Source of the DNA: an uncultured Cytophagia bacterium
GTDB taxonomy: Bacteria > Zhuqueibacterota > Zhuqueibacteria > Thermofontimicrobiales > Thiofontviventaceae
Reading direction: 5' to 3'
Assembly (NCBI GenBank): GCA_964498785.1
Contig: CAZCJL010000020.1
Span: 4,946-68,945, forward strand
Length of the DNA: 64,000 nt
Below the pieces are notes generated by a model. That model did not search any database. It was not told the origin of the DNA and worked only from the letters and a program-made list of their open reading frames with translations. Position numbers and translations under genes: made by a program. Positions 55,452-64,000 of this stretch are shown in pieces (position 1 is the stretch's first letter; every line of letters starts with the position of its first letter).

Positions 55452-56957
55452 TTATACCCTGCCGTAAAGTTCAGTCGATTCAGCCAAAGATTCTTTTAAA
55501 GCAGGAGTAATTTGTTCCTGTAATAATCGCCAGCTCCAGTTACCAGATGCAGTTGCGGGTCGATTCATTCGGGCTTCCGGACCAAGTCCCAGCAAATCCT
55601 GCATCGACAGGATGCAAATATTGGCGACAGATTGCATTACCATGCGCACAAATTCTTTGGGAACTTCATCCCGTGTTACTTTCCGGCCAATATATCTGAA
55701 CACAGATTGCTTCATTTTATCATTTGCTTCCTGATCGAACCATCCTTTTACCGTATTATTATCGTGTGTGCCAGTATAAGCAATGCAATTCTGAATATAA
55801 TTATGTGGTGCATCCGGATTGCGCGGCAGGTTTTCATCGAATGCAAATGACAGGACTCGCATTCCCGGGAAGCCAAAATGATGGATTGTCTCAACGACAT
55901 CCGGAGTAATAAATCCAAGATCTTCGGCAATAATGGGTAAATGTGGAAAATGCTTTAACAATGTATTAAAATAATCCATAACCGGAGCCTTAATCCACTC
56001 CCCTTTTACTGCTGTTTTTTCTGTTGCAGGCACTTCCCAAAATGCAACAAACCCGCGAAAATGATCAATGCGCACAATATCAAAGAGACTTAAATTATGT
56101 TTCATTCGCTGAATCCACCAGTCGTATTCTGTCTCTTTCAGAACATCCCATCGAAATACCGGATTTCCCCACAATTGACCGGTAGAACTAAAATAATCCG
56201 GAGGCACTCCTGCAACAAATTCAGGCATTTTTTTATGATCAAGTTTAAAAATTTCCGGATTTTTCCATACTTCCACACTGTCGTAGCTCACATAATACGG
56301 TACATCTCCAATAATCTGCACACCCTTATCGTTACAATATTTTTTAAGAGCATCCCACTGCTTATAAAACAAAAACTGGATAAATTTTTCTAACTCAATT
56401 CGCTCACGTAATTTTTTCTTAAGGGTTGAAAGGGTTGCCTCATTTCTATCACGAACCGTCTGTGGCCAATGGCTCCATGATTGTTCCTGATAGGAAGATT
56501 TTAGGGCTCGAAAAAAAGCAAAATCGTCAACCCAATCTGCATTTTTATTGATAAAATGTTCGAATTCATTCTGAAACAATTTTTTATTTTTATTAAAACG
56601 TTCGAATGCTTTTTGAAATAAAATGTCTTTAAAATGAATCACCTTATCATAACTCACACGATCCAGAGTAAAATCCGGAATTGTTTTCAGATCCGACATT
56701 TTTAACAAACCGTTCTCTAACATAATTTCCGGGCTGATGACCAGCGGATTCCCGGCATACATGGAAACACTGCTATACGGAGAATTATCCATTGCCGGAT
56801 TGGTTGGATTTAATGGAAGCATCTGCCAGTAACTTTGTTTCGTTTCGGCCAGGAAATCGACAAAATTATACGCGCCTGGCCCCATATCTCCGATTCCATA
56901 ATCCGAAGGAAGCGATGTTAAGTGTAGCAGAATTCCATTTCCTCGTTTAATAATCAT
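55452..56957 (-). CDS. malQ: 4-alpha-glucanotransferase (amylomaltase, GH77)
   Basis: 501 aa. …GILLHLTSLPSDYGIGDMGPGAYNFVDFLAETKQSYWQMLPLNPT… and …RIDHFRGF… are GH77 catalytic-region motifs. Confidence 0.85.
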   Translation of the reverse strand: MIIKRGNGILLHLTSLPSDYGIGDMGPGAYNFVDFLAETKQSYWQMLPLNPTNPAMDNSPYSSVSMYAGNPLVISPEIMLENGLLKMSDLKTIPDFTLDRVSYDKVIHFKDILFQKAFERFNKNKKLFQNEFEHFINKNADWVDDFAFFRALKSSYQEQSWSHWPQTVRDRNEATLSTLKKKLRERIELEKFIQFLFYKQWDALKKYCNDKGVQIIGDVPYYVSYDSVEVWKNPEIFKLDHKKMPEFVAGVPPDYFSSTGQLWGNPVFRWDVLKETEYDWWIQRMKHNLSLFDIVRIDHFRGFVAFWEVPATEKTAVKGEWIKAPVMDYFNTLLKHFPHLPIIAEDLGFITPDVVETIHHFGFPGMRVLSFAFDENLPRNPDAPHNYIQNCIAYTGTHDNNTVKGWFDQEANDKMKQSVFRYIGRKVTRDEVPKEFVRMVMQSVANICILSMQDLLGLGPEARMNRPATASGNWSWRLLQEQITPALKESLAESTELYGRV

Positions 56958-58294
56958 TTTCTTCTCCTATCAATAGCCCTACTGGGAAATGCTGCATTAC
57001 ATTTCCCACAAATAAATCATGAACGTCCTGATTCGTTATTCCATCTCTCCAACAATTAACTTTAACAGGAAAAGTTAACTGCGTATTTTTCCATACACTT
57101 TTTCCAATATAATCTCTTATTCGACGGGGATAATCTGTATATTCACTCGCAAAAAACGGAAACGTTCCAATTAATGTTTGATACAGGAAATATTCATCAT
57201 TTCTATCCGGCGCTTTTCCGTTTTTTGTATTCTTTTTTTTGCGACGATTAATTTTCGCCCATATTTTAAAATTTTTTTCCCATTCATCCGGAATTTCCGA
57301 TAGTATATTCAACCGAGCCCGTACATCCTCCCCTCGTTTAATATCGTGCGTGGAAGTTGCATTCATCGTATTTGGCCAATTGTTTATTCGATTTTTATTA
57401 AAATAGTGAAATTCAATGGTTGATATACCAAACTTATCCGGGTTCCCTCCGACCTCATTTAATGAGATTAGCCGGTTAAAATTATACATCACCGTGTCTT
57501 CAAGTCCTTTTGCCATTAACGGGCCGGTCATTTGCTGAAATCGCATCACAAAATTTCTCCACTGCTCTTTTTCTTCATCAGGTAAATTATCATCAAAATT
57601 GAGTGACAACATTTTTTGTATAAAATTGAATTCATTCTCAAAATTGGGCATAACTATTTTTGCCTTGCGGACAGCTTCGCCGATGTATTGAATTTCATTT
57701 TCAGTGATTTCATTTGTGAGGTTATAGGTTCGATAGACAGGAAACCAGGATAAAATTTCGACCAGTGACCGACGCAAACCATATAGAGTAAAATCAGCAG
57801 CGTCTCGGCGTTTACTGGCAATGTTAGCCAACAGGTGTGCAAGATTAGCCACATCCCCTGCCATGTGTTTCCCCATAATCAGTCTTTTTTTTGCATGTAC
57901 TAAATTTTCGAATTGAATGGGGTTCCCATTCGATATCAAAAAAATGTGCATATCGGGAGTGTGGTCCATTTTCCAGGACATCCATCAGGATTTTATTTTG
58001 CGAATCATACGCCATGTGATTCGGGACCACATCTTGTAACCAGCCCATATTCACTTTTTTCAATTCTTCGTTCAATTTTGAAAAATCGTTCTCTGTCCCC
58101 AATTCAGAGTTCAACTGCGTCGGATCAACAACATCGTAACCATGCATACTTCCTTTTCGGGCTTTAAAAATTGGCGATGCGTACACATCGGAAATTCCCA
58201 GTTCCGCAAGATACAAAATGATCGCTTTCAAATCCTGAAATGTGAATTCATGATTCAATTGTATTCGATAAGTTGATTTTGGGATATGTTTCAT
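56947..58294 (-). pseudogene. treY: Malto-oligosyltrehalose synthase (TreY) remnant: frameshifted, with internal and C-terminal deletions
   Basis: The 149-aa ORF 57845..58294 matches the TreY N-terminus (STYRIQLNHEFTF…VYASPIF…GYDVVDPT…VPNHMAYD…FDIEWEP) and then runs into a stop. A second 344-aa ORF in another frame (56947..57981) matches the TreY mid-region (PVYRTY, FQQMTGPLMAKGLEDT, STHDIKRGEDVRARL). The total span of ~450 codons is well short of the ~720-800 aa of full-length TreY. Confidence 0.6.
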
Positions 58295-58300
58295 TGGTTA

Positions 58301-60124
58301 TCATTCTTTACAATACAAAGCCATAGTCAACGGCGTTATCATATAATTTTGGCCATGTATTAACGTTTTGGGTAATTCAGATCCAGTGCCCTGCCAGGTT
58401 TTACCAGATGAATCGAGTATCTTTTTCCATTTACCAGTGGGTACATTCAGTTCAACCTGAATCAATTCTTTGTTAAAATTATAAATTCCGACAATCTCGC
58501 TCCTTTTATGCCACCGATGCATAACGATTAATTTATCAACAGGTTGTTCATAGTTTTTTATCGCACTTTTATCAAGAGATGAACAGGCTGGTATTTTTTT
58601 TCGAAAATGAATCAGTTGTTTGTAAAAATCCCGGAGTATTTTATGGTTACCTTTGTTTTGAGAATTCCAGTCGATTTTAGAAGAAAAAAATGTATCAACG
58701 TTTTGCGGATCAGGCGGCGTTCCTTTCCACTGAAATGATTTGAATTCCGACTTTCGTCCGTCACGAACGGCCTGGATTAAATCCGGATCACCGTGGCTGA
58801 CAAAATATAAAAACGGAGCGGTTTCGCCAAATTCCTCGCCCATGAATAATAATGTTATGTATGGCGATAGCAATAAGACGCCAGCAGCCAGTTTCAATCC
58901 TTCAAATGAAATCAATTGTGACAAACGTTCTCCCAACATTCGATTCCCGACTTGATCGTGGTTTTGAATCGCTACAACAAACTGATACGCCAATTGATTG
59001 CTGAAGGAATTGCCATGACGGCATTTTCGATATGTGGAATATTGCCCCGAATAGACAACACCGTTTTCTAATACTTTAATCAGGTCATTTGTTTTCCCGA
59101 AATCGAGATAATAGCCCTGCTGTTCTGTTGTAAGTAGTGCGTGGACCGAATGGTGAAAATCATCTGACCATTGCGCATCTAATCCGTAACCACCAACTTC
59201 ACTGGGTCGAATAACTTTTGAATTGTTTAAATCGCTTTCAGCAATTAAATAAAATTTCTTCACATGCTGCATGGAAAACTGTTCCACGCGTTCAGCCAAT
59301 TCTTGCAGAAACGGTCGGGCACTCATGTCATAAATCGCGTGAATCGCATCCAATCGCAGTGCGTCGATATGAAAATGTTGAAACCAGTATAGTGCATTTT
59401 CAATAAAATAATTCCGAACCTCATCGCTATAGGCGCCATCAAAATTAATTGCCTCGCCCCAGGGGGTTTTGTATTTATCCGTGAAATACGGGCCAAAATC
59501 TCGCAGGTAATTTCCTTCTGGTCCCAGGTGGTTGTAAACAACGTCCAGAACAACGGCAATTCCGTGTCGATGGCAATCGTTTACTAATTTTTTAAGACTA
59601 TCCGGAGAGCCATAAGAATTTTGCACTGCAAAGGGAAAAACGCCGTCATACCCCCAATTTCGTTCTCCTGGAAATTGTGCCACTGGCATTATTTCGATTG
59701 TATTAATTCCCAAATCCGTTAAATTTTTCAATCGCGGCAGAATAGCTTCAAATGATCCATCTTTTGTAAATGTTCCCACGTGTAATTCATAGATGATGAT
59801 ATCATTCAGATTGATTCCGGACCATTTGTCATCAAGCCATCGGAATGAAAGGTGATCCACTACCTGCGAGGCCTGATGCACACCGTGCGGCTGATAAAAT
59901 GATACCGGATCGGGGCGTTCAGTATCGCCATTTAAAATATACGTATATTCAGTGCAATCTGATATACAAGTGGCAACAACGTTCCAGTAGCCGTTATCAT
60001 CCCGCTTCATGGGAATAATACGCTCTTCTTTTTCTCTGATCTTTAATTCAACTTTTTCAGGAATCGGAGCCCACACTGTGAATTCACATATTCCGTTTCC
60101 TTTATAAAACGCTCCAATTTTCAT
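58301..60124 (-). CDS. treZ: Malto-oligosyltrehalose trehalohydrolase (TreZ, GH13 with N-terminal CBM48-like domain)
   Basis: Start placed at the ATG at 60124 (MKIGAFYKGNGICEFTVWAP…), 9 nt after GGAGG and overlapping the upstream TGA as ATGA. GH13 catalytic motifs VVLDVVYNH, GFRLDA-type ALRLDAIH, EFGE-type and QNHDQ. Confidence 0.8.
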   Translation of the reverse strand: MKIGAFYKGNGICEFTVWAPIPEKVELKIREKEERIIPMKRDDNGYWNVVATCISDCTEYTYILNGDTERPDPVSFYQPHGVHQASQVVDHLSFRWLDDKWSGINLNDIIIYELHVGTFTKDGSFEAILPRLKNLTDLGINTIEIMPVAQFPGERNWGYDGVFPFAVQNSYGSPDSLKKLVNDCHRHGIAVVLDVVYNHLGPEGNYLRDFGPYFTDKYKTPWGEAINFDGAYSDEVRNYFIENALYWFQHFHIDALRLDAIHAIYDMSARPFLQELAERVEQFSMQHVKKFYLIAESDLNNSKVIRPSEVGGYGLDAQWSDDFHHSVHALLTTEQQGYYLDFGKTNDLIKVLENGVVYSGQYSTYRKCRHGNSFSNQLAYQFVVAIQNHDQVGNRMLGERLSQLISFEGLKLAAGVLLLSPYITLLFMGEEFGETAPFLYFVSHGDPDLIQAVRDGRKSEFKSFQWKGTPPDPQNVDTFFSSKIDWNSQNKGNHKILRDFYKQLIHFRKKIPACSSLDKSAIKNYEQPVDKLIVMHRWHKRSEIVGIYNFNKELIQVELNVPTGKWKKILDSSGKTWQGTGSELPKTLIHGQNYMITPLTMALYCKE

Positions 60125-63100
60125 TTGTGATAATCCTCCAGAATATGCAAAATTCCTGTTATCGGAATAATGAGCCATTCCGGTCTGTTTGCAAGTTCAT
60201 ATACCAATTCATTAATTGACTTTTCCAAAGAAATGACTTGTAATAAAATATTAAGCTGGGATTTTTCCTGAGGCATAAATGGCGCGCCAGCACCTCCTTC
60301 AAAATATCCGCGCAGAAACATGCTGCTCATGTAAAAAAGCCACGGATTAATCCATTGCTCAAGTATGGGTGCATCTGTTGGTCGCATTAAAGAACGTTGA
60401 AAGAACGCGCTGTATATGGCATAGTGAAATGAACGTATCATACTGGCAACGTCACGTAGCGCAGGATATTTCAGCCGCTTTTGGCTGGCTGTTTTTTCAG
60501 GTTCCCCGTCAAAATCAATGATCACAAAATCTTTTCCGGTATAAAGAACTCGCTTTAAATGAAAATCACCATGCACGCGTATTTTCATCGCGGTAATTTT
60601 TACATTCAAAATATCTTTAAAGCAGTCAAGGATATCCTTCTTTTTTGAAAGTAATTCCTGCGCCCTGTTTTTTACCGAACCGTGTAAATCAGGGATAACT
60701 TTTTGTAAAATGGTGAAACCTCTGGTAGCAGTCGTTCTCATCGTTTGATAAAGCGCCCGTTGATATAGTTTTGAAAACATTTCAGGTCGAAACGCCGGAT
60801 CTGTAGTTGATGACGCCAGCGCTCGATGTAATTCAACAGTTCTTTTGCCGAGAAGATAAAGCTGTTCCATCTGAAAACTACCCATTATTTCATATATCAC
60901 ATCCGGGATATCTTCAAATTCTCCGCTCAAAAACTGATATCGTTTAACACCGACTTCAGCAATATCAACCTCTTTGGAAAGAACACGATCAAAATATTGT
61001 CCGATCCCATCCTGAACCATTGACCAGGCATTGCCCTCGCTACGGACAATTTTTTGAAGCATGACACATTCAAACGGATCGGATCGTTCGCGGTTAAGCT
61101 GTAATTCCGATACAAACGTCGGAATATACTTAAAACGAACATGATCACTCAAAAATTTAACTAATTCTGACTCCGGGTTCTTCCCGGCTTCCACACAATG
61201 ATAGAACTTTAGTCTAAAATCATCGTCAAATATCATATTTGAATGATTTCTGCTGAACTTTAGATCACGTTGAAAAGTAGGTGCTGAATCTGTGATGCTG
61301 TGCTTGTAAAAACGACTTCTCACGGATGTCATTTCAGAAGAATTATCAGCGAATCTCTTTCGCCGGGTTAATATTTTGATAAGCGCCCTCCCAAACCTTT
61401 TATCGTAAATCGCATCAATTACCGTATTTTTCGTATTGTCAGTAATTATCGTGACCAACGTATGATGAGCAAGCTCCTGTTCTGATAAATCGCATTCATC
61501 AGTCCTGACGAACGCGATCGGGAAAATATATGTTTCTTTTTTTGCAGATGTGAATATTACATCGGTGATGATAAAAACGTAATTTTGATAATTTTTTGGA
61601 TCCAGCGGAATAACTTTTTGGATCGAAATTGTCCGGATATTTTGTGCTTTATTGTGAAACCAGATCCGAGTCTCTAAAAACAGCGGTAACTTTTCTTTTT
61701 CCAGGAAAACTTTGTTATCTTTGTGAAAAATAGATGTCCATTTACCTCTGACAGGCATTTGCATAATATCGGTGTGTACATCCGCAACTATTTTTTTCCG
61801 TTCTTTGATAAGATTTAACCAATAATTACCATGTGGCCCCAACGTCATTAAGTATGGTTTATCCTGAATTTCCGGGAACCGATTTTGACTGAAAACTTCT
61901 TCCGGGATATAATTTACAAACTCTGGCAAAAGGAGCTCTACCACCTGAGTGAAGCGGGAGAGGTTTATTACAATGAGCATAATTTCTTCTTTAAATTGCC
62001 GTATAAATACCAGCACTTTCGGATTATCCGGGAAATAGAAATTTAAGGTACCCTGACTGAAAGATTTAAATCGCTTTCTCATTTCGATCACCCGTTTCAT
62101 CCACCACAACAATGATGAGGGGTTGTGCTCCTGGTTCTCCATATTCAGCGCTTCAAAATGATATTCAGGATCGATAATCACCGGTAAAAAAAGCTTTTGC
62201 GGATTTGCCCTGGAAAATCCGGCGTTTCGGTCAGCGCTCCATTGCATGGGCGTACGAACGCCATCACGGTCACCAAGGTAGTAGTTATCCCCCATTCCGA
62301 TTTCATCGCCGTAATAAATGACCGGTGTACCGGGTAATGAAAGTAGCATAATATTCATCAATTCGATTTTGCGGCGATTATTATCGAGCAATGGCGCTAA
62401 CCGACGACGAATTCCCAGATTAATCCGGGCATGGGAATCGACGGCAAACACGCGATACATATAATCGCGCTCCTCGTCTGTAACCATCTCCAGGGTTAAT
62501 TCATCGTGATTCCGCAGGAACATTGCCCACTGCGCTTTCTCCGGGATTTCTGGCGTTTGCTCAAGTATATCAATAATCGGAAACCGGTCCTCCATTTGAA
62601 CAGACATAAATAGCCTCGGCATTACCGGGAAATGAAAGGCCATGTGACATTCATCCCCATGGCCTTCGCCAAAATAGGCAGTTGCATCTTCTGGCCATTG
62701 ATTGGCTTCAGCAATAAAAATTTTATTTTTATATTTACGATCGATATGGGCGCGCATTTTTTTTAGAAAATCATGCGTCTCGTCAAGATTTTCACAATTG
62801 GTTCCGTCCCGCTCGTAAAGATACGGGATCGCATCCAGGCGCATGCCGTCCACACCCATATCAAACCAATAATCCATGATGCGAATGATTTCCTTTTGCA
62901 CGTGCGCATTATCAAAATTCAAATCTGGTTGATGCGAATAAAATCGATGCCAGTAATACGCTTTTGCCTGCGAATCCCAGGTCCAGTTGGACGCCTCAAA
63001 ATCTTTAAAAATGATTCGCGCTTCCTGATACCTCTCCGGTGTATCGCTCCATACATAATAATCCCTGTAAACAGAGCCCTGTTTCGCCTGTCTTGCTCGC

Positions 63101-63450
63101 TGAAACCATGGGTGTTGATCAGAAGTATGATTGACCACAAGCTCTGTAATAACACGGATTCCCCGTTCATGTGCGGCCTTCAGGAAGCGTTTAAAATCAC
63201 GCAAATTTCCGTAATCCGGATGAATATTTCTGTAATCTGAAATATCGTAGCCATCGTCCCGCAACGGCGACGGATAAAACGGTAATAGCCACAACGCGGT
63301 TATGCCCAAACTTTCCAGATAATCCAGCTTTGTCATCAATCCCCGTAAATCACCGATTCCGTCACCGTTACTATCGCAAAATGATTTAACATGAAGTTCA
63401 TAGATAATGGCGTCTTTGTACCAATCGGATGCATTCCCAATCATGTTCAT
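60121..63450 (-). CDS. treS: Trehalose synthase (TreS, GH13_16) fused to a C-terminal maltokinase (Mak/Pep2) domain
   Basis: 1109 aa. N-terminal ~560 aa WYKDAIIYELHVKSF…GDLRGL…LGITALWLLPFY…DGYDISDY, VVNHTS and GMRLDA are TreS. The C-terminal ~500 aa (…RVHGDFHLKRVLYTGKDFVIIDFDGEP…) is an aminoglycoside-phosphotransferase-like maltokinase. Confidence 0.8.
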   Translation of the reverse strand: MNMIGNASDWYKDAIIYELHVKSFCDSNGDGIGDLRGLMTKLDYLESLGITALWLLPFYPSPLRDDGYDISDYRNIHPDYGNLRDFKRFLKAAHERGIRVITELVVNHTSDQHPWFQRARQAKQGSVYRDYYVWSDTPERYQEARIIFKDFEASNWTWDSQAKAYYWHRFYSHQPDLNFDNAHVQKEIIRIMDYWFDMGVDGMRLDAIPYLYERDGTNCENLDETHDFLKKMRAHIDRKYKNKIFIAEANQWPEDATAYFGEGHGDECHMAFHFPVMPRLFMSVQMEDRFPIIDILEQTPEIPEKAQWAMFLRNHDELTLEMVTDEERDYMYRVFAVDSHARINLGIRRRLAPLLDNNRRKIELMNIMLLSLPGTPVIYYGDEIGMGDNYYLGDRDGVRTPMQWSADRNAGFSRANPQKLFLPVIIDPEYHFEALNMENQEHNPSSLLWWMKRVIEMRKRFKSFSQGTLNFYFPDNPKVLVFIRQFKEEIMLIVINLSRFTQVVELLLPEFVNYIPEEVFSQNRFPEIQDKPYLMTLGPHGNYWLNLIKERKKIVADVHTDIMQMPVRGKWTSIFHKDNKVFLEKEKLPLFLETRIWFHNKAQNIRTISIQKVIPLDPKNYQNYVFIITDVIFTSAKKETYIFPIAFVRTDECDLSEQELAHHTLVTIITDNTKNTVIDAIYDKRFGRALIKILTRRKRFADNSSEMTSVRSRFYKHSITDSAPTFQRDLKFSRNHSNMIFDDDFRLKFYHCVEAGKNPESELVKFLSDHVRFKYIPTFVSELQLNRERSDPFECVMLQKIVRSEGNAWSMVQDGIGQYFDRVLSKEVDIAEVGVKRYQFLSGEFEDIPDVIYEIMGSFQMEQLYLLGKRTVELHRALASSTTDPAFRPEMFSKLYQRALYQTMRTTATRGFTILQKVIPDLHGSVKNRAQELLSKKKDILDCFKDILNVKITAMKIRVHGDFHLKRVLYTGKDFVIIDFDGEPEKTASQKRLKYPALRDVASMIRSFHYAIYSAFFQRSLMRPTDAPILEQWINPWLFYMSSMFLRGYFEGGAGAPFMPQEKSQLNILLQVISLEKSINELVYELANRPEWLIIPITGILHILEDYHK

Positions 63451-63564
63451 TTATTCCCTGATATTTATATAAATCGAATCAAATTTCGATTCAATCGTAT
63501 TTTGATGCTTTCACCAATATTCATTGTCATAATATATACACAAAACAATACGAATGCATCTAAA

Positions 63565-64000
63565 TTATTTTATTTTACCAGACGCACGGTCAAAAGCATC
63601 TTTTACATCCTTCCATGCTTTTTCAACTCCGTCTTTCAAGTTTTCCCAAACATCGGCATTCGCCTCTTTGAGCTCTTGCAATTTTTTCTTTCCCTCTGTC
63701 AATCTATTTTGAATATCGTCAATGTATTTCTGAGACCCTTCTTTTACATCATCTTTTGCATGTTCTGCCTTTTTAGAAAGGTCCGCTAATTTCTCTTCCA
63801 GCACTTTGATTTGTTGATCCATGCGCTCGCTGAAATTTGCCTGAGTTTCTTTTACTTCTTCCTTTTTTTTAGCATATTTTTTACGACCACGGGTTGTGAT
63901 AAAAAAAGCAACGAGAAATACAATGATAGCAATAATAACAAGCAACCAGGCGAATCGCTGCTGACCTGCAGCACGAGACTCTCTTTCATCAAGCGCTTTT
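63565..64000 (-). CDS. YtxH/DUF948-like membrane-anchored coiled-coil protein (5' end beyond the window edge, or TTG start at 63945)
   Basis: The minus-strand frame is open from the window edge (…KALDERESRAAGQQRFAWLLVIIAIIVFLVAFFITTRGRKK…). One TM helix is followed by a Lys/Glu-rich coiled coil (…KKAEHAKDDVKEG…KDAFDRASGKIK). Confidence 0.35.
   Translation of the reverse strand, partial: KALDERESRAAGQQRFAWLLVIIAIIVFLVAFFITTRGRKKYAKKKEEVKETQANFSERMDQQIKVLEEKLADLSKKAEHAKDDVKEGSQKYIDDIQNRLTEGKKKLQELKEANADVWENLKDGVEKAWKDVKDAFDRASGKIK

Noticed and set aside
60125-60178. Long N-terminal extension of TreZ (MAHYSDNRNFAYSGGLSQ…)
   Set aside because: It overlaps the 3' end of treS-mak by 58 nt. The ATG at 60124 has a GGAGG at optimal spacing and forms an ATGA stop/start overlap, and the TreZ N-terminus conventionally begins near …GA.Y..G…F.VWAP.

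Overview
This 64 kb window is a densely coding bacterial chromosomal segment with low GC (roughly 40% by eye). Intergenic regions show sigma70-like TTGACA-N17-TATAAT promoters and GGAGG ribosome-binding sites. I found no rRNA, CRISPR array, transposase, integrase or prophage. All calls below are read by eye from motifs, without tools.

Layout:
- Positions 1-3465 (+): 3' end of rny, a ymdB-like phosphoesterase, tRNA-Arg(CCG), a DUF4870-like small membrane protein and a TPR protein.
- Positions 3834-9810 (+): six consecutive lineage-specific exported proteins. Five have signal peptides. Four form two short/long paralog pairs in which the short protein is homologous to the N-terminal domain of the next, longer protein.
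- Positions 9874-17706 (+): a near-consensus promoter with a long 5'UTR, then an RRM RNA-binding protein, an SSS Na+/solute symporter and a MalEFG-like sugar ABC transporter. The two permease genes are split by an AT-rich two-ORF insertion carrying a DUF1814/AbiEii-like protein. A lipoprotein and a small conserved protein follow. A convergent, C-terminally truncated class V aminotransferase remnant lies on the minus strand.
- Positions 18745-28296 (+): a tightly packed co-directional cluster. It holds an Omp85-like beta-barrel, a lipoprotein with protein-kinase-like HxDxxxxN and DFG motifs, an exported metallophosphoesterase, two TLC-family (ATP/ADP-translocase-like) transporters with the second fused to HEAT repeats, a cNMP-binding protein and a REC-only response regulator. 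This is the best candidate in the window for an undescribed envelope system.
- Positions 28376-42354 (-): a complete nuoN-to-nuoA complex I operon. NuoC and NuoD are unfused and NuoG is only 483 aa.
- Positions 42743-55291 (-): a GntR/HutC-headed catabolic locus. It mixes an acetoin/pyruvate-dehydrogenase-type E1alpha/E1beta/E2 with a class II aldolase, a short transaldolase/FSA, a fructokinase-like PfkB kinase, a CbbY-like HAD phosphatase, two TIM-barrel sugar isomerase/epimerases, a Gfo/Idh/MocA oxidoreductase and an MFS transporter.
- Positions 55452-63450 (-): an alpha-glucan/trehalose locus with malQ, a decayed treY, an intact treZ and a treS-maltokinase fusion.
- A YtxH-like ORF runs off the right edge.
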